Shown here piece by piece: positions 51,901-63,063 of a stretch of DNA of 64,000 nucleotides (its first letter is position 1; the number at the start of each line of letters is the position of its first letter). The notes below the pieces were generated by a model. It did no database searches. It saw only the letters and a program-made list of their open reading frames with translations, and was not told the DNA's origin. The position numbers were made by a program, and so were the translations under genes. Source of the stretch: Hydrolagus affinis (taxonomy: Eukaryota); NCBI GenBank assembly GCA_012026655.1, contig JAAILG010001416.1, positions 1 to 64,000 on the forward strand. Direction: 5' to 3'.

Positions 51901-53711
51901 ATTTCTAGTGGCTGCATTAACCAGAGTAATGGAGACCTCTTGCCTGGTACATTGAGTAGATTTAATACTGTTGATAATATTCAAGCTGGGCTATAATGAG
52001 TCATTTGAAATGGAAGAGCCCAAGGAGCTGTTGTTTAACTATGGCCGTATCCTCAGTGGCTTTAAATGTAATCCTGCAGCAGATTACAGCATTAGACTGC
52101 TTTGAAATTTTGCCAAATGTTATAATAAATGAAACAAAGGTTCCTTGGTTGCAAAAAAAAAGTACCAATTTCTCTTGTTCTTGCAGATTTAGGTTTAAAT
52201 TTCAGAACAATACACAGCACGTTGCTATGGTAAACTGATCTGAAGAAAATCGCACTTCATTTAAGGAGAATCTGTTTCCTGCTTAAGTAACTAATATTCT
52301 AATTATGGCTGAAGAGAAAGTTTTTGATTATCTCCTGATAAACTCCCTCTCTTATGGTGATGATAATTAAGCATTTCCCTGAGGACTCCCACGGCACTGT
52401 ATAAGGCCCACACTAATTGTCAGACATGAGACACTGACCAGTTGGTTTGCTGTTCAATAACGGACAGCGTGCTGTCAGCCCAGTGGTGTTTTATGCTGAA
52501 GCATTGTGAGCTGTTGTCAGGGCTAACGGGGCCTATTGTGGCTAAAGATGTTGTGCAAATTGAGGCAGATGGCTCCGATTCAGACACGTGTCATTCAGAA
52601 AAGGGAAAATGAGATTGGCCCGCAGAGTGGGGTCACTGCAGGTCAGGGACTGCTCTACACTGGTTAGTGTTTTCAAAAGACCATGTGCGACAAGTTTTTT
52701 GTTTTGCAGTAACAAAAAAGTGTGATTCTCCGGTTGGGGGAGGCGGGTGGGTGGCTGTGGCCGCTGTGGTGTGCTTTCACTTGGCTCCCCCAGGGGTCTT
52801 GCTTTGCATGCAGAAAGAATTAGCAGGATTGACAGAAGTCTATTGTGGCTCAAATGGCTTTTCAGTCAATTACAATGCTGAAGAGGACAGTTTGGCTTTT
52901 AATTCCATGTAATTAACAGATTCCCAGTGTCTTGGAATTCAGTTGTGCAAGATTAGGCTCAAAGTAAAACAAAAGTTTGCTGTATTCTTCTAGCAGGTAT
53001 GCCTTACAACCAGTGTTCAGTTGAGGAATGAAGCAAAACCAAAGTTCAGATCTTTGTTTGACAGCTTCACAGAATATTTGACCAAAATCCTAATGTAATC
53101 CTCAGCTTGTATTATGTAGCCTTTATGAACAGTATTACCAATGGCGTTTGATGCATTTTCTTTGTAGATAAGCCACTTGCGTCTGGTTGAAACTCTTCTT
53201 TGCTGATCATGATCGCTCTTTCTTGTGCTATCTATTGCACTCACACCATTTGCGTCTTTTGGTTAAGCCATTATTTTTATTTTCAGTCATTGAATAGTAT
53301 TACAACCCAACATTAGTTTAAACTTTTCAGGGGAAAATATTATTGTATTGTTTTTAATTGTTGTAATTTGATGATTTTTTTTAATTAATTCCCTAGCACC
53401 GTTTATTTTCCACAACCAGAGCTGGAGTGCTCTCTCACACCTCTGTTTGTGGCAGCTGCTGAAAGATAACTTTGAATGTTTGGAGGAGATTGACCCTCCA
53501 GTGTTCGTTTCCTCTGTGTATCGATGAAGTTTGCCTTCACTTGATACCTCTGATGGCACAGCTGAAATTAGGAATACAAATGCAATGCAAAAGTATCGGA
53601 ATAAACCCACATGGTGACATTAAATTATTGCTGTTTATGAGTTGCATATTTCAAATTACAATTGTGCTAATTATTTTGAAATATTGTAAAACACAGATGT
53701 GCATTACTCCA

Positions 53712-53865
53712 AGGAAAAATACTCCAGATGCTGGAAATCTGAAATAAAAAGAGAAATTGCTGGGATCGCTCAGCAGGTCAGGCAGCATCTATGGAGAGAA
53801 GAAAGTTAACGTTTCAGGTTGATGACCTTTTGCCAGAACTACATCAGAAGTCTGATGAAAGATCA
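53712..53865 (-). mobile_element. Penelope-derived insert with a decayed hammerhead motif and a short inverted end
   Basis: Minus strand reads AGUU-CUGGCAA-AAGGUCAUCAACCU-GAAA-CGUU-AACU. Stem I is perfect and the core is mutated. An inverted ctgatgaaagatc lies at 53852. Confidence 0.7.
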
Positions 53866-54479
53866 GGAGATTAGGAATTATTGTATAAAGGTGTTAGGAA
53901 CAAATCTAGGAAACCTTAACTCAATGTCCAAGAAGCATCTGGATCAGATCAGATTAGGCCTGGAAATATCAAGGAGATAGGTACTGTCTAGTTAACCACA
54001 ATAGACTGCTGACAGGACTAATGAGACTCTGTGGATTGACCAACTCTCTACGTTTTCAACCGTGAGGCTGCAAAACATTAATATTGTGGTAATAAAACAA
54101 CTCCAATATCAGGGTAGCTTGATTATAAACTCTTGCCCCCAAAATATAAAGCAAACAAATTTAAATACAAGTAAATAATTTTAGATGTCCTTGCCCTCTT
54201 TTTTTTGCTTCTGCGTTTTGTTCCACATCTTATTTTTCATTAAATAATTTTTTAAGCATTCTGCCTAGTTTCAAATAGGTTGCTCTTTGCAGATCTAAAA
54301 ACATGATCCTTATTCATAAATTATTATCCTGTAGACTCCACAAGCTACACTTCAGAAGTCAGAAATATTACATTTATTTCTGTTTTGTAGTTTTACAGTT
54401 AACTAAGCCAAAAATATTTTAAAGGCTTTTTATTAAATAACAAATCTACAATACACAAGATCACACACTATCAACTTGA

Positions 54480-54960
54480 ATTAAAGAGTTTTAGAATAAA
54501 CATGGAGGACCTCCATATGTGGATTGGCAAATGGACGTCTTGAAGGAAGTAGAAAGTTGCTGATCTCATGGTGAAATCTATAAGTGCTTGGCATCTTGTC
54601 AAGTGAACTTGACCATGGTGCTTCAAGGGTTAATATTTTTAGCATTCCATCGGTGTGGAAGCTACACCTGAGGATTGTTGATGGTGAATGCTCACTCAAT
54701 CTATAAAAAAGTAAGATGTGAACCTGGAAATTATAGACCAGTTATCCTGACATCTGTAGTTGAGAAAGATGCTTCGGTGCTTTTTATGGGATGTAGTCAG
54801 TGTACGTGTAAAGTTAAGAATGCACAGGCTATAAAGAGTAGTCAGTATGGTGTAAGAAGCAAGTTTACTACATTCTTCGAGTCATTAAATTGGTGGAGCG
54901 GGGCAATCCAATGGAATTCATTTACCTCAAATTTCAGAATATTTAATAACACAAATTAGC
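54480..54960 (+). mobile_element. Old CR1 ORF2 fragment
   Basis: IYKKVRCEPGNYRPVILTSVV is the CR1 RT N-terminal motif. Confidence 0.75.
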
Positions 54961-55244
54961 TAGCTATGTTGAAAACCAGGTTGGCAATAGAAACAGGAGT
55001 TGGAGAGAAAGGGGCATTTGTGAGAAATATGCCTGGATTTGGGGCCCATCAGTTCAATGTTTCTATATTATTCAACTGTAGAGCGTTCACAGCTAACATT
55101 GATCCATTGCAAACTGTCTTGTGCATATTTTCCAGCTGTTGTCTGTGGTAGCAATGTCTTAAATAGCCAGAACCATTTGCTTCTCTGATTTGACCCTTCC
55201 AACCAATTTAGGCCAGTTATGATGACTGTACAATGTAGAAAACA

Positions 55245-55412
55245 ATAATTTGGTCACTCAATCCATGACTGTTTGTGGGACACTGCTGTGTGCAATTGGA
55301 TGCTGCGTTTCGCCCACAAATATACAGTCACTTCACTTCACAGTATATTCTGTGAAGCTCTTTGAGACGTCTAGAAGACATGGAAAGCGCTATATCAAAT
55401 GCAAGGATTATT
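55245..55412 (+). mobile_element. SINE core and tail, near consensus
   Basis: ggtcactcaatccatgactgtttgtgggacactgctgtg...gcaaggattatt. Confidence 0.85.
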
Positions 55413-55749
55413 AATAGCAATATATGGATTTAATTAGTTTAATCAATTTTGAACAACAATAATTTGCATTTATATTGTGCCCTTCGCACCTGGTACACTA
55501 TCGAGCACTTAGCAATGACGCAGCTTGACGCTGAGCCAGGGAGAAAGGGGGGATGACAATAGGAACTGTCACATCGGAAGGTCTCTGAACACAGAATATC
55601 GTTGCTAATTAAATAAACTGGTTGCATCATTTTTCCCATCTTGACAGTAAAAGTGATACTGGTTTTCTATGTTGCATCTATATGGAGAGTATTTTAGTGA
55701 AATTATCTTTATTAGTTTTTTTATTTTAAAAAAAACATTTGTTTTTCAG

Positions 55750-55903
55750 GTATGCAGCAAAAACTGTGAGCAGTGGGGCGTTGGTGCTGATCACAATAGA
55801 AGTGAAGGAAGGGTCGACAGTTCAGCTCAGTGTAAACACGGAAAAAACTGTGATTGGCTCAGTACTGCTTCGGGAGCTGAAATCTGTGCTGTCTCAGGAG
55901 TGA
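55750..55903 (+). CDS. AP3B1: AP3B1 terminal coding exon, up to the TGA stop
   Basis: gtttttcag| acceptor. (R)YAAKTVSSGALVLITIEVKEGSTVQLSVNTEKTVIGSVLLRELKSVLSQE* matches the recalled human C-terminus NTEKTVIGSVLLRELKPVLSQG. Confidence 0.97.
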
Positions 55904-56644
55904 CTGGATACCCCTGGAACCAGGCCAGCTGACCTCTCACTGCTATTGCCTTCATCAATACTGTAGTTATTATAGTATAACTTCCATCCAGCTGTGAAGT
56001 GAAAACTCTTTACCGACAATCTTGTCTCTGACTTTGAAATGCTGTTATCGACAATGCTGCAATCTGTATTCTTTTGCATATCATTACCAACAAAGTCCCT
56101 TGCCTAAATCTGAACTCTTGACTTTAGAGATTTCGCCAAATCATTTGTCCTGTTTTGATGTGTACCAAGGTATTCTCTGAATGAATAGATGTTGGAGAAT
56201 GTGCGTTAATATATTGCTGGAACATTATACCCTTTGTTCTACTTAAATGTACTTCTGAGATGTGTGCAGGACCTACTTTTTATCCCTTTGAGCCCTGCAG
56301 TGTTTCATGTGGTATACAAAATCTTTGACCTAAAATGTTGATATAAATGCACAAAAATAATATCTATGTGTATAGCTATTACCTTAGTTGTGTTTTGGAA
56401 GCAAAACTGGAATGTTGTTAGCTGGTAAAATCATTAATGGTGGAAAATTCGCTTGACCTTCCCAGCCGTCCAAATGAATGGAATCTGTGAATTACTGGTT
56501 GTATCCCAATTTATATTAAAAAAAAGCAGGTAATGTTCATCCAAAGAGAAATATCTGTCTTGCCAAAAAAAATCACTGAACAATACATGCTTTTACATTT
56601 ACACAATCTCCTTTTAGCCAGTTGGATCACAGGACACTCTACCC

Positions 56645-56650
56645 AATAAA
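56645..56650 (+). terminator. Candidate polyadenylation signal of AP3B1
   Basis: First AATAAA I found after the stop, about 740 nt downstream, followed by GT-rich sequence. Alternatives are ATTAAA at 56515 and AATAAA at 57967. Confidence 0.5.
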
Positions 56651-56996
56651 GCTTTGTTGGATCTGCCATCTGGCAAGTGTTGATTTCCCAATCTCACTCG
56701 AGGATTTGAGATAGGAAAGACGTAAACCCCTGTCTTTACGTAGGAGAAAGTCACTTCAAATCTGTTCTACACTTTCCAAAGGCTGGTGTGTGAGTTGACG
56801 TTTTGTAGACCTGTGAAGGGCTCACTGGACCGTGGGATGGGACATGAAAGAATACAAGAGGCAGAGCTGTCCTTCTACTCTTTTCCCCCCTCTGGTTTTG
56901 TAATGTATAGAAATCATGATCTCAGTAAGAGCTCTAAATTTCCCCCTTTCAGTATTTGCACTGACGGTAAAGCTGCAGACATGCCAAGAAGTGCTG

Positions 56997-57143
56997 AAAC
57001 AAAAACAAATTCTGATGAAGGGTCTTGGACCCGAAATCTTGACTCACTTCTCCTTTCTCCATAGATGCTATCTGACCCGCTGAATGTTCCCAATGAATTC
57101 TGTTTTTGATTCAGACTTCCAGTATCTGCAGTATTTTGCGTTT
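56997..57143 (+). mobile_element. Penelope-derived insert with a hammerhead motif and 15-bp TSD
   Basis: tgccaagaagtgctg (56982-56996) and tgccaagaaatgctg (57144-57158) flank CUGAUGA-A-GGGUC-uug-GACCC-GAAA-UCUU. Confidence 0.75.
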
Positions 57144-59170
57144 TGCCAAGAAATGCTGTTTGTTTAAACTGTCACTGCTGATTATCGGAGCTTTAATCGA
57201 TTCAAAATATCCTCTATTTGCATCATTTAATCTTATGTGTGGGGGGTGGTATTGTTTGTACTAAAATTATCATTTTGTTCTAATAGAAATCAGGAGGGGA
57301 AATATTACAAATCCTGTTGGTAGCTTCTCTACTTCAAAGTAAAAGCAGGGAGCTGGTGTTTGTCAAACAGCTTGTATGCATCTTAATCTTGATTATGTGC
57401 CAGTATCTCCAATTACTATTGTAAACCTACCGAGGATAGCCACTAACAGCACGTGGAGGTGCTTCTTATGTTGTCCGTCTCTTCCTCCTACATTTGCTTT
57501 GGAGGTAAAATGTAAAAGTGAGTTTATTAAATTTCCAAATGGTTAAACCAGTTCCCATTTCAGAAATGCTTCTTCAGTGCTGAGGAGCTAAAATTGGGTT
57601 TGGGGTGTACGCTGTAATTATTTGATGATTAGGATTCCAAACAGTATTTTTCCCTGTGTTCTTGTGTAGTTGTTACATTGGGGACTTGTGTTTGCTGGTG
57701 TACAGCTGCTTCAGTTGATTTACAGTACTGCGGCTGTGGCCAGTCATAAATAAATCCTCTTATATAGTTGTTATGAACACCTGTTAGATCATCTGTCAGC
57801 AAAGCAGTGTTCACATTTATCATGGTGCGGTAGTTATTTTACCACAATCCATTTACAGTGGACTCTGCCTCCATCACTGTATTACTATTACTGCACCATA
57901 ATCGCTCGTTTCCACTCCGTGTACAACTTGCAGATAAAAGATTTCAGTACTTGGCAAAATTTCATAAATAAAGGAGCAGTTCACTGCAGTAAAAGTTTAT
58001 TTTTGTCATCATTTGTCACACTATTATACCATAAATCAAATGGTATAGTGCTATCCGTGGCGCAGACAGCTCTGTCAGCCTAGACATGGAAATGGTCGGT
58101 TTCTCTGTAGATGAGATGGCATGTCTTTTGACTTTAACAGGCTGATGGCTTTTCTCACTCATTTGATTTTATTGGATTTAAAACCTGGAGGATTATTGAA
58201 GCTGGTGAACTATAGAGACACCTCAGAGAACATTCATGGCATGATAATTAAACCACCCTTGTTATTAGCACATTTTCCTTCGTAAACAAAGCTACTGCCT
58301 TAACAAGTCAGATTTACTCAGAATTGCTGATGGCTGATTAACCATATGCACTAGAGTGGATGTATATGTCGAAGAATGGCATTAAAAATAAAATAATAAT
58401 TCTTGCATTTGATATACCGCCTTATCATGTCTTCAAGATGTCTCAAATTGCTTCACAGAATATACTCTAAAGTGAATTGACTATATTTTGTAAGCAAAAA
58501 TTGTGCTTGATGCACAAGATAATGCGAATATTTCAAATGTTATATCTTCATATCTAACTGTGCAAAAAAATCTTTCTTTACTATACGTCTTATTCATGTT
58601 TTTGAAATCTTTTTTTTTACCCTTCATTTGTTTAACACTTTGTCATACTCAATTTACCAGCCACATTTACGACAATAGAGTTCTGCTGTATTTACTGGGT
58701 GCAATGTGAATGTACCATATTTCACTACTGATTCTCCCACGATTCATCTAGCAATCCTGCAATTGTAATATCATTGCATTTCTAGAGAACATATTGTACA
58801 CTTCACTGCAGGCAGCTGTCTATATAGCTGTTGAAGTTACTGGAGATGCATATATATCAGCTATATAGACAGTGAACTGTAGAATATTTACTTTAGGAAG
58901 GCAGAAGATGTTATTATAAGGCTCAGAATTGCTGCATGAAACGTGGCACATTTACATTGCACCTATTATATAGGCTAACATCCCCTGCTGAATCAACTCA
59001 GTTTATCAGTCCATTGACACTACTCCATAAATGTATATTTGTAAAAGTCAATGTCCTGTGCCCCCATAACCTGCTTGTAAACAAACTGTTAGCGTTGCAC
59101 ACAGAACATGCCTATAATAGAATTCTTCCAACATTTTAAAACACAGTAAACTTTTCCTGATTTTTATGTT

Positions 59171-59546
59171 AATAATAATACCCCTTGCATTTGATGTAGC
59201 ACTTATGATGTCTTAGATGTCTCCAAGCGTTTCCATAGAAAATACTTGTAAAGTAAATTGACTATTTTGTGGGTGAAATGTGGCAGCCAATTGCAAACAG
59301 TGTCCAATAAACAGTCATGGATTGAGTGACCCAATTTTTTAAATTAAAGAGATTATTACCATTGGAAAAGTGATCCACCAATCGACTAATGACTGGGTTC
59401 CTACTTACTGCTAGGTAAACGGATTGTAATGTTTATTATTCTATGTGAGGTAAGGAAACTTGCCTAACTTCTCACGCTGCCCAGGAATTTAACCAGGTCC
59501 TCTTGCTTTCGATGCAAGTGCTCCAACCAATATGCTACAGGACTCT
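59171..59546 (-). mobile_element. Full-length tRNA-headed SINE
   Basis: Reverse complement of the family consensus; head ...gtgctccaaccaatatgctacaggactc. Confidence 0.8.
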
Positions 59547-59564
59547 ACAAAAGTTGCACAGTAA

Positions 59565-59870
59565 AGCTGCTGGTTTGAGAGCGCACGGTTACATTCGACA
59601 GAAAGCTGTCGATTTCGAAGATGATGGCTGTTTCGCATTTCCGCGATTAACTCCAATTATATCAATTTGACCCCCAGAGCTATCGTAATTACTTAGCGTG
59701 TAAACGTGTTATTACTTATTGCTTCTCACCATCTCCAACAGGGCATCATACAGCTTTTATAATGGTTTAATTGAGAAAATCATTGGTTTAAACACCACTC
59801 CGGCGGGTCTGAAGGCCCATTTCTAGTTGGTTGCCTGTCAGCAAAAGACAGTCCCTGAATGGTTACTTAA
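59565..59870. promoter_or_regulatory. Putative conserved non-coding element downstream of AP3B1
   Basis: About 11 CpG in 59581-59710, several TAATT motifs and CTGTCA. Confidence 0.45.
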
Positions 59871-61769
59871 GCTTTCAGTGTTGAAGAGGTGTCGATATAT
59901 AGCATCCACACATCTTGCTTAGGGATTGTGTTTGAGAAAGCAATGCAGATTTGTGCATTATATATCAATATGCCAAGAGTGAAGAGTATCTCCAAATAAA
60001 ATGATTTTTCTGTTTTCCACCCCAATGGATGAATGAGCTTATCAGGTGAGAAGCTAAGGAAGGCAGGGGCGTTCCCACATTTGATCCCCAGGTTCTTATT
60101 GATGAGTGGAGGGCATCGTGGGGAGAGGGGAGGCATTGTTGATTGGTGTCTAGACCCTTCTGTCTGGGAATGTCGGATGAGGACAGAATCAGACCTAACC
60201 ACCCATTCCTCATGTTTGAAAAGCCTGCTGATACTCACAAGCTCAAACGTAAATAATGACCATTTGGGAAGCTATCAGACAGCGACTATACCTGGGGAAC
60301 CTCTACCTAGTCTACCCGTTCAGGAGTGAAGAGGATGGGAGAAAAATTAAGGAACAAACTCATTTTCCAGTTACATTGATTTTGCGGGCAGTAACTTTTG
60401 TACTTTAGCAGTGCAAGGCCGTTCCTGATGCTGAATAGGGAGACATTGATTGTTAGCAGTCATCATAAGTGTTCTCGTGCTGCCTACTTATTCAGAGGCT
60501 GCCTCGCCCTTGCGATAGATACGATGACAGTCTCTTATTTGAATTAACACATACATCGTTGGAGTGAAAGGAGTGCAAGGCTGCATCTTTGGAGTAATAA
60601 CCAACAGAAAAACTTGCAAAGATCCAGAATTGCTGTGCAATTGAATAGTGTTTCCAAGCTAGATAAGAGAAGATCTAGCTATGGTTGTATCTCCTGTTCA
60701 CAAGCCACTGATGTTGGCTGGATGGAATGAATTTTTGGGTGTTACCTGGGAAAAGGTTTATATCTGGTTGAGATACCTCCCTTGGTAAAATAGCTAATAA
60801 CACACTGTGATGCTAACATGAGAAATACCTGGACTGATTACTGAAGAGCTGTCAGTTCTGAACATGATTCACTTTCAAAGGGAAAGAATTGGGAGAAAAG
60901 TCAGTATATTTGCGAATATTGGGTACCAAAGCACTTTTGTTGCGGTTTGGGCCTCACAATATGGGTTTCAATATAATTAAAGAACCAATTTTGCTATTAG
61001 AAATATGTTCAATCTTTCTACTGTATAAGATGTCACCAATGTCAACTTTTCATCTCTAGAATATAAGCAATAAAATCCACATGGTTCCACCTAATGTCTA
61101 ATTATAATAATACTTGGATTTGATATGGTGCCTTATCACATCTTCAAGACGTTTCAAAGCGCTTCACAGAATATGTCAAGTGAATTTGTATATTTTGCAT
61201 GCATAACACAGCAGCCAATTGTACACAGTAGTGTCTCATTTGTGTAACTATTGAGAAACAAATGAATTTCCACTCTCTTCTGGGCTGGATATTGTAGCTG
61301 GCACAGTACTCGTTGGAAGGAGAAGATGGATCTAAAAAGACTGAAGAGATAACTTTCGAAAGATAGAACAAAGCATTTTGAATAAAAATGTATATTTTAA
61401 ACATTAAACACAAAGGAATAGATTGAATGTTCCACTGATGACCAGACATAGATTTCACATCTGAGAAAGACCTTCATGATTCACTTGTGCCTGTGAATTA
61501 TAGCTCTTTCATGTTCCTGAAATACATTTCTATCCATGCAGTATCCTGCATTTGTCATCTGTCCTATTGCTGCTTGTATCACTGAAAACCCCCCAAATTC
61601 ATACTGATTTCTCAGTTCCAGTTTTGCACATATCCTGGGTTGATGATTTTTGCATTGTTCAGTGCTTTCATTAATTTGGTGTTGAAGCTGCTCTAACCAC
61701 AAATTACTTACAGATTAGTATGATGGGGATCAATTACTCATATCTGTTTATGTCTTAGTTTGGGGCTGA

Positions 61770-62335
61770 TTCCTGCACTGAAGGAAAATCATCTGAAAAT
61801 CCTAAGTGTGTTAATGATATGGTGAAGTGCAGCTGAAGCTAATATTGAAGCCCATGATCCATCGAGTTGTCGAGCTGCTGCTATTATAGGGCAGCAATAG
61901 AGAATGGATTGTGGGTTTATCACCGCACACAGTGTGACAACTTGATTTTCTGCTTTCTCTGCAAGCAGTAGCACGACATGATGGGGCTGTTAATTTCTGC
62001 ATTTCATGGTGTCTGTCAGGGTGCTCAGAAAGAGAAAGAGCGGTTTAGGGAAAGGGAATGGAGCATGTCCCAGCTACGGAAGCACCTGTCTGCTCTGATG
62101 GCAGAGAGCACTTCTCATTAGTGTGCAGGTCTCTAACTGCAGCCAGGGACTGACAGAATGGCGTTACCAGCACACACGCTGACAAGCACAGGGAGATCTG
62201 CGGCAGCAGGTCCCATTGTTGCCCTTGATGAGCATGTCATTAATGGAAATGGAAGTTGTTGTGGGACACATCAGTATTCAAATAGCTTGCCCTTTATTCT
62301 CCATTCTGGTGGCTGTGTCGTTACTGATTTTTAAC
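61770..62335. promoter_or_regulatory. Putative conserved non-coding element downstream of AP3B1
   Basis: Repeat-free, GC-balanced block with several TGACAG/CTGTCA motifs and CATTAATG. Confidence 0.4.
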
Positions 62336-62827
62336 GTGTATCTCCCCCCACCTCCTCCCCCGCCCCACCACCACCCCTTAAGGGGAAGGGGAAGGGGCTG
62401 AAAGATTTTTGAGCCTAGATTTATGCTGGCTATTAATCTTTTGTATTGCCCTTTAACAATATTGCTCCGCAGCACTTGTGTGACTGTGCGCTTCTCTATC
62501 CATCCGGTATATAGTAGTTCATGCAGACTGATATTTTTATGTGCATAAGCCATTTTTCAAGGCCACGGTACATATATAAAATGACAGGTAAACCCTTTGG
62601 ATCTGATTTCTTAACTGATCCCTGCATCATACTCTTCCTGTTTTCTGCATCCCATACGAGCTTTGAAGAAATGTATCTTGTGTTGATACCACGCGTGTGT
62701 ACATGACAGGAGTAGCTCCTCCTGATCTTTGTAACTCAGCTGTTGTGGTGTATTGTAAGACAGGTTCCCTACAAAATGTGAGAAATACTGTATTGACATT
62801 CTCCATGTTGATATTGCTCACATATAA

Positions 62828-63063
62828 TAAGCGAGAGACCTGGGTTCGATTCCCGGCAGGGCGAAATCTTGGGAAAGTTTCCTTACTCCACACGGCTGAA
62901 TCCCTCATGAAAAAAAAAGGATAATAAATTGGTCATTTTCAATCCATGACTGTTCGTGGATCACTGCCGTGCACAATTCACTGCTGTGTTTTGCCCACAA
63001 ATTTACACTTTAATGTATATTCTGTGAAGCGCTTTGAGATGTTTGGAAGATTATTATTATTAT
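62828..63063 (+). mobile_element. tRNA-headed SINE, 5'-truncated
   Basis: gagacctgggttcgattccc B box, core and (att)n tail. Confidence 0.8.

Noticed and set aside
55669-55932. 87-aa ORF over the last exon
   Set aside because: Wrong frame; the AP3B1 frame ends at TGA 55901-55903.
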